DNA of 45,191 nt, taken from positions 1 through 45,191 of the forward strand of contig JALSOK010000060.1 in NCBI GenBank assembly GCA_026986535.1. Reading direction: 5' to 3'. Shown here piece after piece: positions 1 to 9,091 of this stretch. Under the pieces are notes generated by a model. It had not been told where the DNA came from, searched no databases, and saw nothing but the letters and a program-made list of their open reading frames with translations. A program made the translations under genes and the position numbers. Each line of letters starts with the position of its first letter. Within the stretch, counting starts at the first letter, position 1. The DNA is from a candidate division WOR-3 bacterium (GTDB lineage: Bacteria > Hydrothermota > Hydrothermia > LBFQ01 > DSFT01).

Positions 1-228
1 CCTCAATCCGACATTATATGCCCAATTACCCACTTTCCCCATCACCTTTCCAGCCCACCCCTGCAAAACCCCCTCATGCCCACCGCTTTGCACCAATTCA
101 TCCCCCTTTTCCGACTTCCTCTGTCTCTTTCCACCTGCTCACCCTCCCCGAAGGGATAAGGTGCCCCCTTATTAACCCCTTTCACTTTCCCTTTCTTCTA
201 CCCCCTGTTTGTATAAATCGAGGATGGG

Positions 229-241
229 AAAATTATAAAGG
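229..241 (-). promoter_or_regulatory. -10-like promoter box (CCTTTATAATTTT on the minus strand) directly after cas2, pointing toward the left window edge
   Basis: Lies 3 nt after the cas2 stop. Same box class as in front of most genes and tRNAs here. No start codon at the usual 6-12 nt distance. Confidence 0.5.
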
Positions 242-243
242 CA

Positions 244-525
244 TCAGATGAAAGTGTCCAGAGGGTCGTCCGTATCGGTGAGAATTTCGCGCCGCAGTTT
301 TACATCATCTCGCAGAATATAGAGGATTACGCTATCCCTTTTCCGATCCACAATTTGCATAATTTCCTTTTTCAACCTTTCCAGTCGGGAGGGGGTTATG
401 TCTCCTTCAAATACGGATTTTTGAATATGATGAAGGTATCTTCTGGCGATTTTCCTCACTGCACTCAGCCTATTCTGGTCTTCCTGATTTTCCGTTGCTA
501 TGTCGTATATGAGAATTACCCTCAT
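244..525 (-). CDS. cas2: CRISPR-associated endoribonuclease Cas2
   Basis: 93 aa. MRVILIYDI...QKSVFEG... is a typical Cas2 ferredoxin-fold sequence. Begins 3 nt after the cas1 stop. Confidence 0.9.
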   Translation of the reverse strand: MRVILIYDIATENQEDQNRLSAVRKIARRYLHHIQKSVFEGDITPSRLERLKKEIMQIVDRKRDSVILYILRDDVKLRREILTDTDDPLDTFI

Positions 526-528
526 TTC

Positions 529-1467
529 CTACCACCATGCAACGAGCGCTCTGTACTTCTGTTCTCCTATCAGGTGTTTTATCAGTTTGTACAGTTCGAG
601 CCTTATAAACTGCCTCAGCGATACTTTGCGGCGCAGGGACGGATGTTTGTATGTGCTTTTAAGACGATTATCGAATTCCCTCAGAAATTTCTTTCTTCCT
701 GTTTCATTCAGATATACATGGTTAAGGTCCTCTTCGAAATCGGATTCTTTTATCGTGCCTTGCTGCAGGAATTTTAGAATGATTCGATCCGTGATAAGGG
801 GCTTGAATATTTCCGCTATGTCGAGGGAAAGGGAGAACCTCCTGGTGGAAGGTTCGTGCAGATAACTTATGGTGGGATTCAGCTGGGTGCGGTAGATTTC
901 CTTGAGAACAGAGGCATAAACCAGAGAGTTGCCAAAAGAGATGAGAGCATTTAGCGGATTTCCCGGCGGTCTCCTGGTCCTCTTTCCGAATTCCCATCCC
1001 GTTGCTTTCTCCATCTCATCGTAATAGGCCTTTTTAAATTGGGCTTCCAGACTCATTAGTGTTTCTATATCCCTGACTTTATCCAGGAGCTTTGTATCGA
1101 AGTCCACATCGAGGTTTTTCTTCGAATTTTTTATGGAACCCCTGACGAACTCCCTTGCAAGGTACAGGCGTTTGTCTCTCTGGAGATAATGTTCAGCCTG
1201 TTTAATTACGAGGAATCCGGACACATTTGTTTCTCTGGGAACGAAACTGCCGGAATACCAGCCGTAATAATTGAAGAAGTGGACCACGATCCCCTTTTGC
1301 GAAAGAAAGTGCAGCAGCCTGGAGTTGATGGAAACTTCCGAGAAGATAAAGAGTTCCTCCATGTCCTCCACGGGGATGAATTTTCTCTCTCTGTCATTGT
1401 GGAACAGAAGTGTATTTTCTTTTCGGGACAGAGTTCCATGGCTCAGTATGTAGTAAACTCTGCCCAT
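529..1467 (-). CDS. cas1: CRISPR-associated integrase Cas1
   Basis: Track ORF 529..1758 trimmed to the ATG at 1467 (MGRVYYILSHGTL..., 312 aa). Cas1-like blocks NALISFGNSLVY, SYLHEP and DIAEIFKP are present. A promoter box lies just upstream of this ATG. Confidence 0.9.
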   Translation of the reverse strand: MGRVYYILSHGTLSRKENTLLFHNDRERKFIPVEDMEELFIFSEVSINSRLLHFLSQKGIVVHFFNYYGWYSGSFVPRETNVSGFLVIKQAEHYLQRDKRLYLAREFVRGSIKNSKKNLDVDFDTKLLDKVRDIETLMSLEAQFKKAYYDEMEKATGWEFGKRTRRPPGNPLNALISFGNSLVYASVLKEIYRTQLNPTISYLHEPSTRRFSLSLDIAEIFKPLITDRIILKFLQQGTIKESDFEEDLNHVYLNETGRKKFLREFDNRLKSTYKHPSLRRKVSLRQFIRLELYKLIKHLIGEQKYRALVAWW

Positions 1468-1474
1468 CTGATTA

Positions 1475-1483
1475 AAGTTTAAA
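1475..1483 (-). promoter_or_regulatory. -10-like box TTTAAACTT (minus strand) for cas1
   Basis: 7 nt between the box and the cas1 ATG at 1467, giving leaderless geometry. Confidence 0.55.
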
Positions 1484-1519
1484 TGTCGGACATTCTCGCC
1501 GCAGGAGAATCTAATTTCC

Positions 1520-1528
1520 TTTAAAATT
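1520..1528 (+). promoter_or_regulatory. -10-like box TTTAAAATT for the divergent membrane-protein gene
   Basis: 5 nt between the box and the ATG at 1534. Sits back-to-back with the cas1 box in a 66-nt spacer. Confidence 0.55.
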
Positions 1529-1533
1529 CGTCT

Positions 1534-1965
1534 ATGTTCGGGCACTTGTTGTATTTTCTGACAATCGTTTTCGGCATAGGTGTGGGCACTTATGGGTTTT
1601 ACTATCTTCGTTCCAGCAGTGATTCTGTGGGGGGATGCTGTGTCCTTTTGCTTTCGCTCGTCCTGATACTCGTACCCCTCTGGCTTTTGTGGAAAGAGCG
1701 GAGAGAGAAGGAGCTGAAAAACCATGCTCATAATCTGCTGAAAGAGTATGAAAACCACATTGAATCCAGAGCCCGGAGCATCAGGGACTGTATATGGGGG
1801 ATGTTGCAGAAGTTCGAAGGGAATGAGGAGTTTAGGGGCGGTAGACTGCTGGAATTAATCGATAAGGTGTGCAGTGAGGAGAGGGAAGCTTTGAAGGCCC
1901 TTTTGCAGGAGAAAAGCGAAATTCTCGAGCGCTATCTGGATGGGGACTCTTCCGGCATCTGTTGA
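1534..1965 (+). CDS. hypothetical membrane protein (2 predicted TM helices plus a charged helical C-terminal domain)
   Basis: 143 aa with two hydrophobic stretches followed by a KE-rich helical tail. Promoter box at leaderless distance. No family recognised. Confidence 0.55.
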   Translation: MFGHLLYFLTIVFGIGVGTYGFYYLRSSSDSVGGCCVLLLSLVLILVPLWLLWKERREKELKNHAHNLLKEYENHIESRARSIRDCIWGMLQKFEGNEEFRGGRLLELIDKVCSEEREALKALLQEKSEILERYLDGDSSGIC

Positions 1966-2038
1966 TTTTATATGTCTAATTGACGCAGGGGGTCCTTTCC
2001 TGTCCAAATAACAGCACAATTTCCCTATTTGTTATCCG

Positions 2039-2046
2039 TTAAAATT
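2039..2046 (+). promoter_or_regulatory. -10-like box TTAAAATT for fusA and the super-operon
   Basis: 7 nt upstream of the fusA ATG. No SD in between. Confidence 0.5.
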
Positions 2047-2053
2047 ATCGGCA

Positions 2054-4111
2054 ATGTCAGAAAGCAACGAAGTGGATATAGTCAAAATCAGAAACATGGG
2101 CTTCGCGGCCCATATCGACGCCGGAAAGACGACTGTAACGGAGAGGGTTTTATTTTATACGGGCAAGATTCACCGCATGGGGGAGGTGGATGAGGGATCT
2201 GCCACGACCGACTGGATGATTCAGGAGAAGGAGAGGGGAATAACCATTCAGTCTGCTGCAACGACCACATACTGGAGGGATCACAGGATAAACATCATAG
2301 ACACCCCCGGCCATGTGGATTTTACCATAGAAGTGGAAAGGGCCCTCAGGGTTCTCGATGGCCTCGTAGTGATCTTTTCTGCGGTGGAAGGTGTGGAGCC
2401 GCAGAGCGAAACCGTGTGGCATCAGGCCGACAGATACAGGGTCCCCCGAATCGCATTTATAAACAAGCTGGACAGGATGGGGGCCGATCCCCTGCGGGTC
2501 GTGGAGCAGATGGAGAACCGCCTGACCATTCCTCCCCTTGTGGTTCAGCTTCCTGTGGGTCTGGAGGCCGATTTCGTTGGTGTGAAGGACCTTGTGAACA
2601 GAAAGAAGTACCTGTGGGATGTGGATGAAGTGGGCTGGGAGTTCAGGGAGGAGGAGCTGGAGCTCTCCGGCGATGACCTGAACTACTATGAGGAGATGAT
2701 CCTGACCCTCTCCGATTTCGAGCCGGAAATCCTCGAGGAATACGAAGAAAAGGGATATGTGGATCCTGCCCTTCTCAAGAGGGCGATAAGGAAGGCTGTC
2801 ATAGAGAGGAAGCTGGTTCCCGTTCTTATGGGAAGTGCCCTGAAGAATAAAGGTATCCAGCCCCTCCTGGATGCCATTGTGGATTATCTGCCCTCTCCGG
2901 CAGACCTGCCTCCGGTGGAGGGGGTTGATCCCGTGACGGGGGAGAAAGTTCGCAGAAAACCCCTCGATTCGGAGCCCTTCTCCGGGCTTGTCTTCAAGGT
3001 TCAGGTGGACCCCGAGAGCAAGAAGGAGCTCTTTTATGTCAGGGTATATTCGGGGAAGGTGCGGGTAAATCAGAAGATCCTCAATACCACCACAGGGCAG
3101 GAGCAAAGGCCTGTTCGCATCTATCTTATGCATGCCAACAGGAAGAACGCTCTGAAGGAGGCCAGGGCCGGGGATATAGTGGCTTTCGTGGGGCTGAAGA
3201 ATACCCTCACGGGGCATACCCTCTCGGACAGGGACAGACCCATCCTGTTCGAGGGGCTCGCGTATCCCGAACCTGTGGTCTCCGTGGCGATAGAGCCCCG
3301 CAGTTCCCAGGACCAGGACAGGCTCGATGAGGCTCTCAGGCTCCTGATGGAGGAGGACCCGAGTTTGAAAGTCAGGCAGGACGAGGAGACCGGACAGACC
3401 ATTCTGAGCGGAATGGGAGAGCTTCAGCTGGAGATCGTTGCAGACAGGCTCAACAGGGAGTTCAAGGTGCCCGTCCGGGCAGGCAAGCCCCAGGTTACCT
3501 ACAGGGAGACCATCCTCAGAGAGGTGAGCGTGGAGGCGGAGGAGACGAAGGAAATAGGGGGGACGAAGCATTACGGGAAGGTGAAGGTGACGGTCCGTCC
3601 CGCAGAGAAGGGAAGCGGGAACAGGTATCGCATCGATGTGGAACTGCCTCCCGATTATGAGGAAATCGTGGTGGATACGATAAAGGAGATGTTCGATTTT
3701 GGTCCCCTCATGGGATACCCCCTGGTGGATGTGGAGATAACCCTTGATGCTTTATACTTTACCGCCGACACAACGCCCTTAGGGGTGCATCTCGCACTCC
3801 GAAAGGCGTTAATGGAAGCCTTCCAGAAGGCGGAAGCGGTACTTCTGGAGCCTGTTGTGGAAGTTGCGGTGATAGTACCCGGGGAATTCCTGGGGAATGT
3901 GGTGGGGGACCTGAAGGCCAGGGGTGGTGAGCTTCGGGGGATAGACCAGGCCACGGAAAAGTTGCAGGAGGTCAGGGCTCTGGTTCCCCTGAGGAAGATG
4001 TTCGGATACGCCACCCATCTGAGGTCCCTTACCCAGGGGAGGGCGAGCTTCTGGATGAAGCTGGCCCATTTCCAGCCGGTTGACAGAAAGGAGCTGGATG
4101 AGATTTTTTGA
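2054..4111 (+). CDS. fusA: elongation factor G
   Basis: 685 aa with [26 protein letters not shown] and NKLD motifs. Full EF-G domain order. Confidence 0.95.
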   Translation: MSESNEVDIVKIRNMGFAAHIDAGKTTVTERVLFYTGKIHRMGEVDEGSATTDWMIQEKERGITIQSAATTTYWRDHRINIIDTPGHVDFTIEVERALRVLDGLVVIFSAVEGVEPQSETVWHQADRYRVPRIAFINKLDRMGADPLRVVEQMENRLTIPPLVVQLPVGLEADFVGVKDLVNRKKYLWDVDEVGWEFREEELELSGDDLNYYEEMILTLSDFEPEILEEYEEKGYVDPALLKRAIRKAVIERKLVPVLMGSALKNKGIQPLLDAIVDYLPSPADLPPVEGVDPVTGEKVRRKPLDSEPFSGLVFKVQVDPESKKELFYVRVYSGKVRVNQKILNTTTGQEQRPVRIYLMHANRKNALKEARAGDIVAFVGLKNTLTGHTLSDRDRPILFEGLAYPEPVVSVAIEPRSSQDQDRLDEALRLLMEEDPSLKVRQDEETGQTILSGMGELQLEIVADRLNREFKVPVRAGKPQVTYRETILREVSVEAEETKEIGGTKHYGKVKVTVRPAEKGSGNRYRIDVELPPDYEEIVVDTIKEMFDFGPLMGYPLVDVEITLDALYFTADTTPLGVHLALRKALMEAFQKAEAVLLEPVVEVAVIVPGEFLGNVVGDLKARGGELRGIDQATEKLQEVRALVPLRKMFGYATHLRSLTQGRASFWMKLAHFQPVDRKELDEIF

Positions 4112-4139
4112 GCCATAGGAGGAAAACAAGGAGGAGGAT

Positions 4140-5357
4140 ATGGCCAAGGAGAAATTTGTAAGAACCAAGCCCCATGTAAATGTGGGAACGATAGGTCACA
4201 TTGACCATGGTAAGACCACTCTTACTGCTGCTATTACAAAAGTACTCGCCACCAAGGGACTCGCTCAGCCGCTGGACTACGATGATGTGGCAAAGGCCGA
4301 CGCCAAGATGTTCAGAAGGGACGCAACCAAGATACTGACTGTTGCTCTTTCTCATGTGGAGTACGAGTCCGAGAAGCGCCACTACGCCCATATCGATGCT
4401 CCCGGACATGCTGACTACATCAAGAACATGATCACCGGTGCTGCCCAGATGGACGGTGCTATCCTGGTGGTTTCTGCTGTCGATGGTCCCATGCCCCAGA
4501 CCCGTGAGCATGTGCTTCTGGCAAGGCAGGTCAATGTTCCCGTAATCATACCCTTCATAAACAAGGTGGACCTTGTGGACGATGAGGAGCTGCTCGAGCT
4601 GGTCGAACTCGAGGTGAGGGAACTGCTTTCCAAGTACGGATATGATGGGGACAATGTTCCTGTCGTCAGGGGTTCTGCCCTCAAGGCTCTCCAGAATCCT
4701 TCCGACTACGATGATCCCATAGGAGCCGGTGCAATCCTGAAACTCATAGAAGTGCTGGATGAGTATGTGCCCGAGCCCGAGAGGGAAGTCGATAAGCCCT
4801 TCCTGATGGCGATAGAGGATGTCTTCTCCATCACCGGTCGTGGTACCGTCGTCACCGGTAAGGTGGAAAGGGGTGTTCTCAAGCCCGGTGAGGAAGTGGA
4901 GATAGTCGGATTCAGGCCCGAGCCCATAAAGACCGTTGCCACTTCCATAGAGATGTTCCGCAAGATTCTCGATGAGGCTCTGCCCGGCGACAATGTGGGT
5001 GTTCTCCTGAGGGGTGTCGGAAAGGACGATGTTGAAAGGGGAATGGTCCTTGCGAAGCCCGGTTCCATCAAACCCCACACCAAGTTCAAGGCCGAGGTGT
5101 ATGTTCTGAAGCCCGAAGAGGGTGGAAGGCATACTCCCTTCTTCAACGGATACAAGCCCCAGTTCTACTTCAGGACCACCGATGTTACCGGAACCATAAA
5201 GCTGCCCGAGGGCCGTGAGATGGTGATGCCTGGCGACAATGTCGAGCTGGAAGTCGAGCTGATTGCTCCTGTTGCTCTGGAGAAGGGACTCCGTTTCGCC
5301 ATTCGTGAAGGTGGAAGAACTGTTGGTGCCGGAATCATCACCGATATAATAGAGTAA
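4140..5357 (+). CDS. tuf: elongation factor Tu (atypical switch-I segment)
   Basis: 405 aa with [17 protein letters not shown] and NKVD, and canonical domains II/III. Strong SD AAGGAGGAGG upstream. The switch-I region is divergent (see findings). Confidence 0.92.
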   Translation: MAKEKFVRTKPHVNVGTIGHIDHGKTTLTAAITKVLATKGLAQPLDYDDVAKADAKMFRRDATKILTVALSHVEYESEKRHYAHIDAPGHADYIKNMITGAAQMDGAILVVSAVDGPMPQTREHVLLARQVNVPVIIPFINKVDLVDDEELLELVELEVRELLSKYGYDGDNVPVVRGSALKALQNPSDYDDPIGAGAILKLIEVLDEYVPEPEREVDKPFLMAIEDVFSITGRGTVVTGKVERGVLKPGEEVEIVGFRPEPIKTVATSIEMFRKILDEALPGDNVGVLLRGVGKDDVERGMVLAKPGSIKPHTKFKAEVYVLKPEEGGRHTPFFNGYKPQFYFRTTDVTGTIKLPEGREMVMPGDNVELEVELIAPVALEKGLRFAIREGGRTVGAGIITDIIE

Positions 5358-5362
5358 GAGCC

Positions 5363-5677
5363 ATGATTAGCGGCAAAATAAGGATAAAGCTCAGATCCTT
5401 CGACCCTGCGCTTCTGGATAAGTCTGCGAAGAAGATCGCTGCTGCTGCGAGATCTACGGGGGCGGAGGTTTCCGGCCCCTTTCCCCTTCCTACAAAGAAG
5501 ACCCTCATCGCAGTGATACGGGGTCCCCATATCGACAAGAGGGGGCAGGAGCATTTCTGGTTCAAGCGCCACCAGAGGTTGATAGATATAAAGAACATAA
5601 ATCAGGAGACCATAGAGAAGATTTCCAAGCTGGACCTTCCCGCAGGTGTTGATGTAAAAATCGAGGTGATAACATGA
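5363..5677 (+). CDS. rpsJ: 30S ribosomal protein S10
   Basis: 104 aa. Sequence typical of S10 (IRIKLRSFD...LPTKK...). First gene of the S10 order. Confidence 0.95.
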   Translation: MISGKIRIKLRSFDPALLDKSAKKIAAAARSTGAEVSGPFPLPTKKTLIAVIRGPHIDKRGQEHFWFKRHQRLIDIKNINQETIEKISKLDLPAGVDVKIEVIT

Positions 5678-6603
5678 TAGCACTGCTCGGTGAAAAGGCA
5701 GGGATGACTCGGGTGTTCGACGAAGAGGGCAGGGTCATCCCCGTTACCGTTATTTACTCCAGACCGAACTACATCGTTGATGTCAGGACCCAAGAGAGGG
5801 ACGGATATAATGCGGTGGTTCTGGGATACGGGGATGTCAGGATAAACAAACTCACTCTTCCTGTTGTTGGTAAGTTCTATCGCAGTGAGCTGAACAGGAT
5901 CAAGAAGTCCCTCTCCGACAAGGAGACCCTTGCCCTCTACAGAGAGGCCCTGGGTAAGGAGTTCTCCGATAGGGAGAGGTTCATCAGGGAAAAGGGCCTC
6001 GATAAAGTGCTCTACTTCGCCGTAGAGTACTTTAAGATAGACGAGAATACCGACCTTGATGAACTTTTCCCCTCCGATGCTGATCCTGCTGAAATCATGA
6101 AGCCCTTCTTCAGGTTCCTGATCGAAAAGGAGAACGAAGAGTCCCTCAGGGCGAAGGAATCCGGAATCTCGAAGGAGTATGTCCACATCACTCTTCCGGC
6201 CCGCCATATAAGGGAGTTTCGCACGGATGACATCTCATCCTATCAGCCCGGCGATTACCTCACGGTTCAGGCCTTCGAGGGAATCGAGAAGGTGGATGTC
6301 GTAGGAAGGAGCAAGGGAAGGGGATTTGCGGGTGTAATAAGGCGCTGGAACTTCGCCGGCGGTCCGGGTGCCCACGGAACGAAATTCATTCGCAGGCCCG
6401 GTTCTATAGGTGCGAGCACATATCCCGGAAGAGTCATAAAGGGCAAGAAGATGGCAGGGCACTATGGAAACGAGAGGGTTACGGTAATCAATCTCCGGCT
6501 GGTTTCCATCGACCCCGAGAAAAATCTTCTTCTGGTGAAGGGTGGAATCCCCGGACCCAATGGAAGTGTGGTACTGGTCCGAAAGGCTAAAAGGAGTGCA
6601 TAA
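5674..6603 (+). CDS. rplC: 50S ribosomal protein L3 with an internal insertion of about 100 aa
   Basis: 309 aa. N- and C-terminal L3 blocks are present (LGEKAGMTRVFDE...; SKGRGFAGVIRRWNF...PGRVIKGKKMAGHYG). ATGA overlap with rpsJ. Confidence 0.93.
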   Translation: MIALLGEKAGMTRVFDEEGRVIPVTVIYSRPNYIVDVRTQERDGYNAVVLGYGDVRINKLTLPVVGKFYRSELNRIKKSLSDKETLALYREALGKEFSDRERFIREKGLDKVLYFAVEYFKIDENTDLDELFPSDADPAEIMKPFFRFLIEKENEESLRAKESGISKEYVHITLPARHIREFRTDDISSYQPGDYLTVQAFEGIEKVDVVGRSKGRGFAGVIRRWNFAGGPGAHGTKFIRRPGSIGASTYPGRVIKGKKMAGHYGNERVTVINLRLVSIDPEKNLLLVKGGIPGPNGSVVLVRKAKRSA

Positions 6604-6605
6604 TC

Positions 6606-7232
6606 ATGCCGAAAGCACCTGTATTCAGGATAGATGGTACGAAGGTGGGGGAGGAGGAGCTTCCCGGGGACATCTTCGGCGTCAGGCCCAAGATGACCCT
6701 GATATGGGAAGCAGTTAAGATGTATCAGTACAATCAGAGACAGGGAACCCATCATGCCAAGACCCGTGCCGAAGTAAAGGGCTCCCGCAGGAAGATATGG
6801 TCCCAGAAGGGGCTGGGCAGGGCCAGGCACGGAGACAGATATGCCCCCATCTTCGTGGGCGGCGGAAAGGCCCACGGACCCAGACCCAGGGAATATTACT
6901 ACCGCCTTCCTAAGAGGGAACTGAAGCTCGCCCTCAAGATGATACTTTCCGACAGGGCTGGAGAGGAGAAGGTCTATCTTTTCGAAAACTTTGACCTCAA
7001 AGAAGTCAGGACGAAGAATATAGCTTCTCTTTTGAAGAAAATCACCCTCGATGGAAAGAAGGTCCTCTTCGTACCCGGTGAGCTGAATAAGAACCTGTAC
7101 CTGTCTGCCCGCAATATTCCCAATGTGGATGTCGTGCCCGCCAGCGATGTCAATACCCTCCATGTGGTTTCCCATGAATACATTTTGCTGGAGAAGTCGG
7201 CTGTGGAGAAGTTGAAGGAGAGGCTGTTATGA
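6606..7232 (+). CDS. rplD: 50S ribosomal protein L4
   Basis: 208 aa. L4-like sequence in the expected operon position. Confidence 0.93.
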   Translation: MPKAPVFRIDGTKVGEEELPGDIFGVRPKMTLIWEAVKMYQYNQRQGTHHAKTRAEVKGSRRKIWSQKGLGRARHGDRYAPIFVGGGKAHGPRPREYYYRLPKRELKLALKMILSDRAGEEKVYLFENFDLKEVRTKNIASLLKKITLDGKKVLFVPGELNKNLYLSARNIPNVDVVPASDVNTLHVVSHEYILLEKSAVEKLKERLL

Positions 7233-7525
7233 GACTGCACGATGTGATAAAGAGGCCCATTTTGACGGAAAAGGCATTGAGGTTGAGGGACGAGCAGAGG
7301 ACCTATGTTTTCGAGGTGGATCTAAAGGCCACCAAGGTGGATATAAAGAGGGCTGTAGAGAAGCTCTTCGGTGTTAAGGTTGAGAAGGTCCGCACCCTCA
7401 TCGTCAAGCCCAAGCCCCGCAGGAATATCCGCTCCAGAAGGCATATTGGATACACCCGCCACTGGAAGAAAGCCTATGTGAAGCTCAGGGAAGGCGAGAA
7501 GATAGAGCAGTTAGAAGGAGTGTAA
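7229..7525 (+). CDS. rplW: 50S ribosomal protein L23
   Basis: 98 aa. L23-like sequence. ATGA overlap with rplD. Confidence 0.93.
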   Translation: MRLHDVIKRPILTEKALRLRDEQRTYVFEVDLKATKVDIKRAVEKLFGVKVEKVRTLIVKPKPRRNIRSRRHIGYTRHWKKAYVKLREGEKIEQLEGV

Positions 7526-7528
7526 GCC

Positions 7529-8383
7529 ATGCCGATAAAGAAGTTCAGGCCCTATACGCCTTCCAGGCGTTTCATGGAGGTCATAGATTACTCCAAGTAC
7601 ATAACGAAGGAGGAGCCTGAAAAATCCCTGACCCAGCGCCTGCGCAAATCCGCTGGAAGGAATAATCAGGGAAGGGTCACCATCCGATTCCGCGGTGGTG
7701 GAAACAAGAGGCTCTACAGAATCATCGACTTCAGGAGGGACAGGTTCGACGAGCCAGCGAAAGTCCTTTCCATAGAATACGACCCCTACAGGACTGCTTT
7801 CATAAGCCTGATACAGTACCCCGATGGAGAAAAGCGCTACATCATAGCCCCCGAGGATATAAAGGTGGGAGATGAGGTCATATCCTATTCCTACGAAGCG
7901 CTGGAGAGCAAGAGGCTGGAGCCCGAAATCAAAAGCGGAAATGCCCTTCCCCTCAAGTTCATACCCGAGGGTATTCCCATACACAACATAGAGCTGATTC
8001 CGGGGAGGGGTGGTCAGCTGGTAAGGGCGGCCGGAACGAGCGCTGTGATTCTGTCCAAGGAGGGGAATTACGCATTCGTACAGCTTCCAAGCGGTGAGAT
8101 TCGCAAGATTCATGTAAGATCCAGAGCCACCATCGGTCAGGTTTCCAATGTGGATTGGGAGAACATCAACTGGGGTAAGGCCGGAAGGACCCGCTGGATG
8201 GGACGCAAGCCCCATGTCAGAGGAATGGCGATGAACCCCGTGGATCATCCTCTGGGTGGTGGTGAAGGCAGGAATAAGGGTAAGATTCCCAAGAGCCCCT
8301 GGGGATGGATTGCCAAGGGTGGAAAGTTCCGCAGACCCCGCAAGCCTTCCGATAAGTTCATAGTTAAGAGGAGGGGTAAGTAA
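7529..8383 (+). CDS. rplB: 50S ribosomal protein L2
   Basis: 284 aa with typical L2 blocks ([21 protein letters not shown]). Confidence 0.96.
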   Translation: MPIKKFRPYTPSRRFMEVIDYSKYITKEEPEKSLTQRLRKSAGRNNQGRVTIRFRGGGNKRLYRIIDFRRDRFDEPAKVLSIEYDPYRTAFISLIQYPDGEKRYIIAPEDIKVGDEVISYSYEALESKRLEPEIKSGNALPLKFIPEGIPIHNIELIPGRGGQLVRAAGTSAVILSKEGNYAFVQLPSGEIRKIHVRSRATIGQVSNVDWENINWGKAGRTRWMGRKPHVRGMAMNPVDHPLGGGEGRNKGKIPKSPWGWIAKGGKFRRPRKPSDKFIVKRRGK

Positions 8384-8667
8384 TGGGAAGGTCAATAAAG
8401 AAGGGGCCGTATGTTGACCCCAAGTTGCTCAAGAAGGTAAAGGCGCTCAACGAAAAGGGTGAGAAGAAGCCCATTAAAACCTGGTCCCGCAGGAGCACCA
8501 TTCTTCCTGAATTCGTCGGGCACACCTTCATGGTGCACAACGGAAAGAAGTTCATACCCGTCTATGTGACACAGGACATGGTTGGACACAAGCTGGGCGA
8601 ATTCGCTCCCACGCGATTCTTCGGTGGACACAAGGACAAGACTGCCAAGGTAAAGGGAGGAAAGTGA
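8383..8667 (+). CDS. rpsS: 30S ribosomal protein S19
   Basis: 94 aa. [12 protein letters not shown]... is a typical S19 start. Confidence 0.95.
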   Translation: MGRSIKKGPYVDPKLLKKVKALNEKGEKKPIKTWSRRSTILPEFVGHTFMVHNGKKFIPVYVTQDMVGHKLGEFAPTRFFGGHKDKTAKVKGGK

Positions 8668-8668
8668 T

Positions 8669-9091
8669 ATGATTCTGGTCGGAAAGGCTCATCTGAGAAG
8701 GGTCAGGATTTCTCCCAAGAAGGCAAAGCTGGTGGCCGATATCATAAGGGGAATGGATGCGAAGACTGCCATGGAAACCCTTCAGTTCACCCGCAAGCGT
8801 CCCGCCGTATATTTCCTGAAAGCTCTGAAATCTGCAATAGCTTCCTATAAAGAAAAGGCAGGGGCTGATGCTGTGGATCTGGAAGATTTGATGGTCTTTG
8901 CCAAAGTGGATAAGGGACCCCAGTGGAAGATTCTCAAGCCCGCAGTCAAGCCCATGAGGTTCGGCGGATATGCCACCTTCACCCGCAGGACCTCCCACCT
9001 GACGGTTCATGTGGTGGAGAAGAAGGACTGGGAAGCCTACAAAGAGGCAATTAAATTGCCCTACAATGCGAGAAAGGAGGTGCTTAAGTAA
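8669..9091 (+). CDS. rplV: 50S ribosomal protein L22
   Basis: 140 aa. L22-like sequence in the expected operon position. Confidence 0.9.
   Translation: MILVGKAHLRRVRISPKKAKLVADIIRGMDAKTAMETLQFTRKRPAVYFLKALKSAIASYKEKAGADAVDLEDLMVFAKVDKGPQWKILKPAVKPMRFGGYATFTRRTSHLTVHVVEKKDWEAYKEAIKLPYNARKEVLK

Noticed and set aside
1-243. CRISPR array downstream of cas2
   Set aside because: I could not find any direct repeat unit within these 243 nt. An array, if present, must lie outside the window.
18-251. Pro-rich 77-aa plus-strand ORF at the left edge
   Set aside because: Low-complexity P/F/L translation of a C-rich strand with no SD or box. It overlaps the cas2 stop. Most likely an artefact of composition.
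1468-1758. N-terminal 97-codon extension of the cas1 ORF (track ORF 529..1758)
   Set aside because: The extension has no Cas1 similarity and overlaps the divergent 1534..1965 ORF. It also runs through both promoter boxes. The ATG at 1467 gives the canonical Cas1 N-terminus (MGRVYYILSHG) at the standard box distance.
2150-3571. 473-aa minus-strand ORF inside fusA, and similar long antisense ORFs at 4029..5132, 14576..15745, 25158..26300, 28977..30032, 30158..31270, 33002..34387, 37183..38094 and 41442..42269
   Set aside because: These are shadow ORFs opposite strongly supported genes. Their translations are low-complexity or Arg/Gly/Pro/His-rich, with no recognisable motifs.
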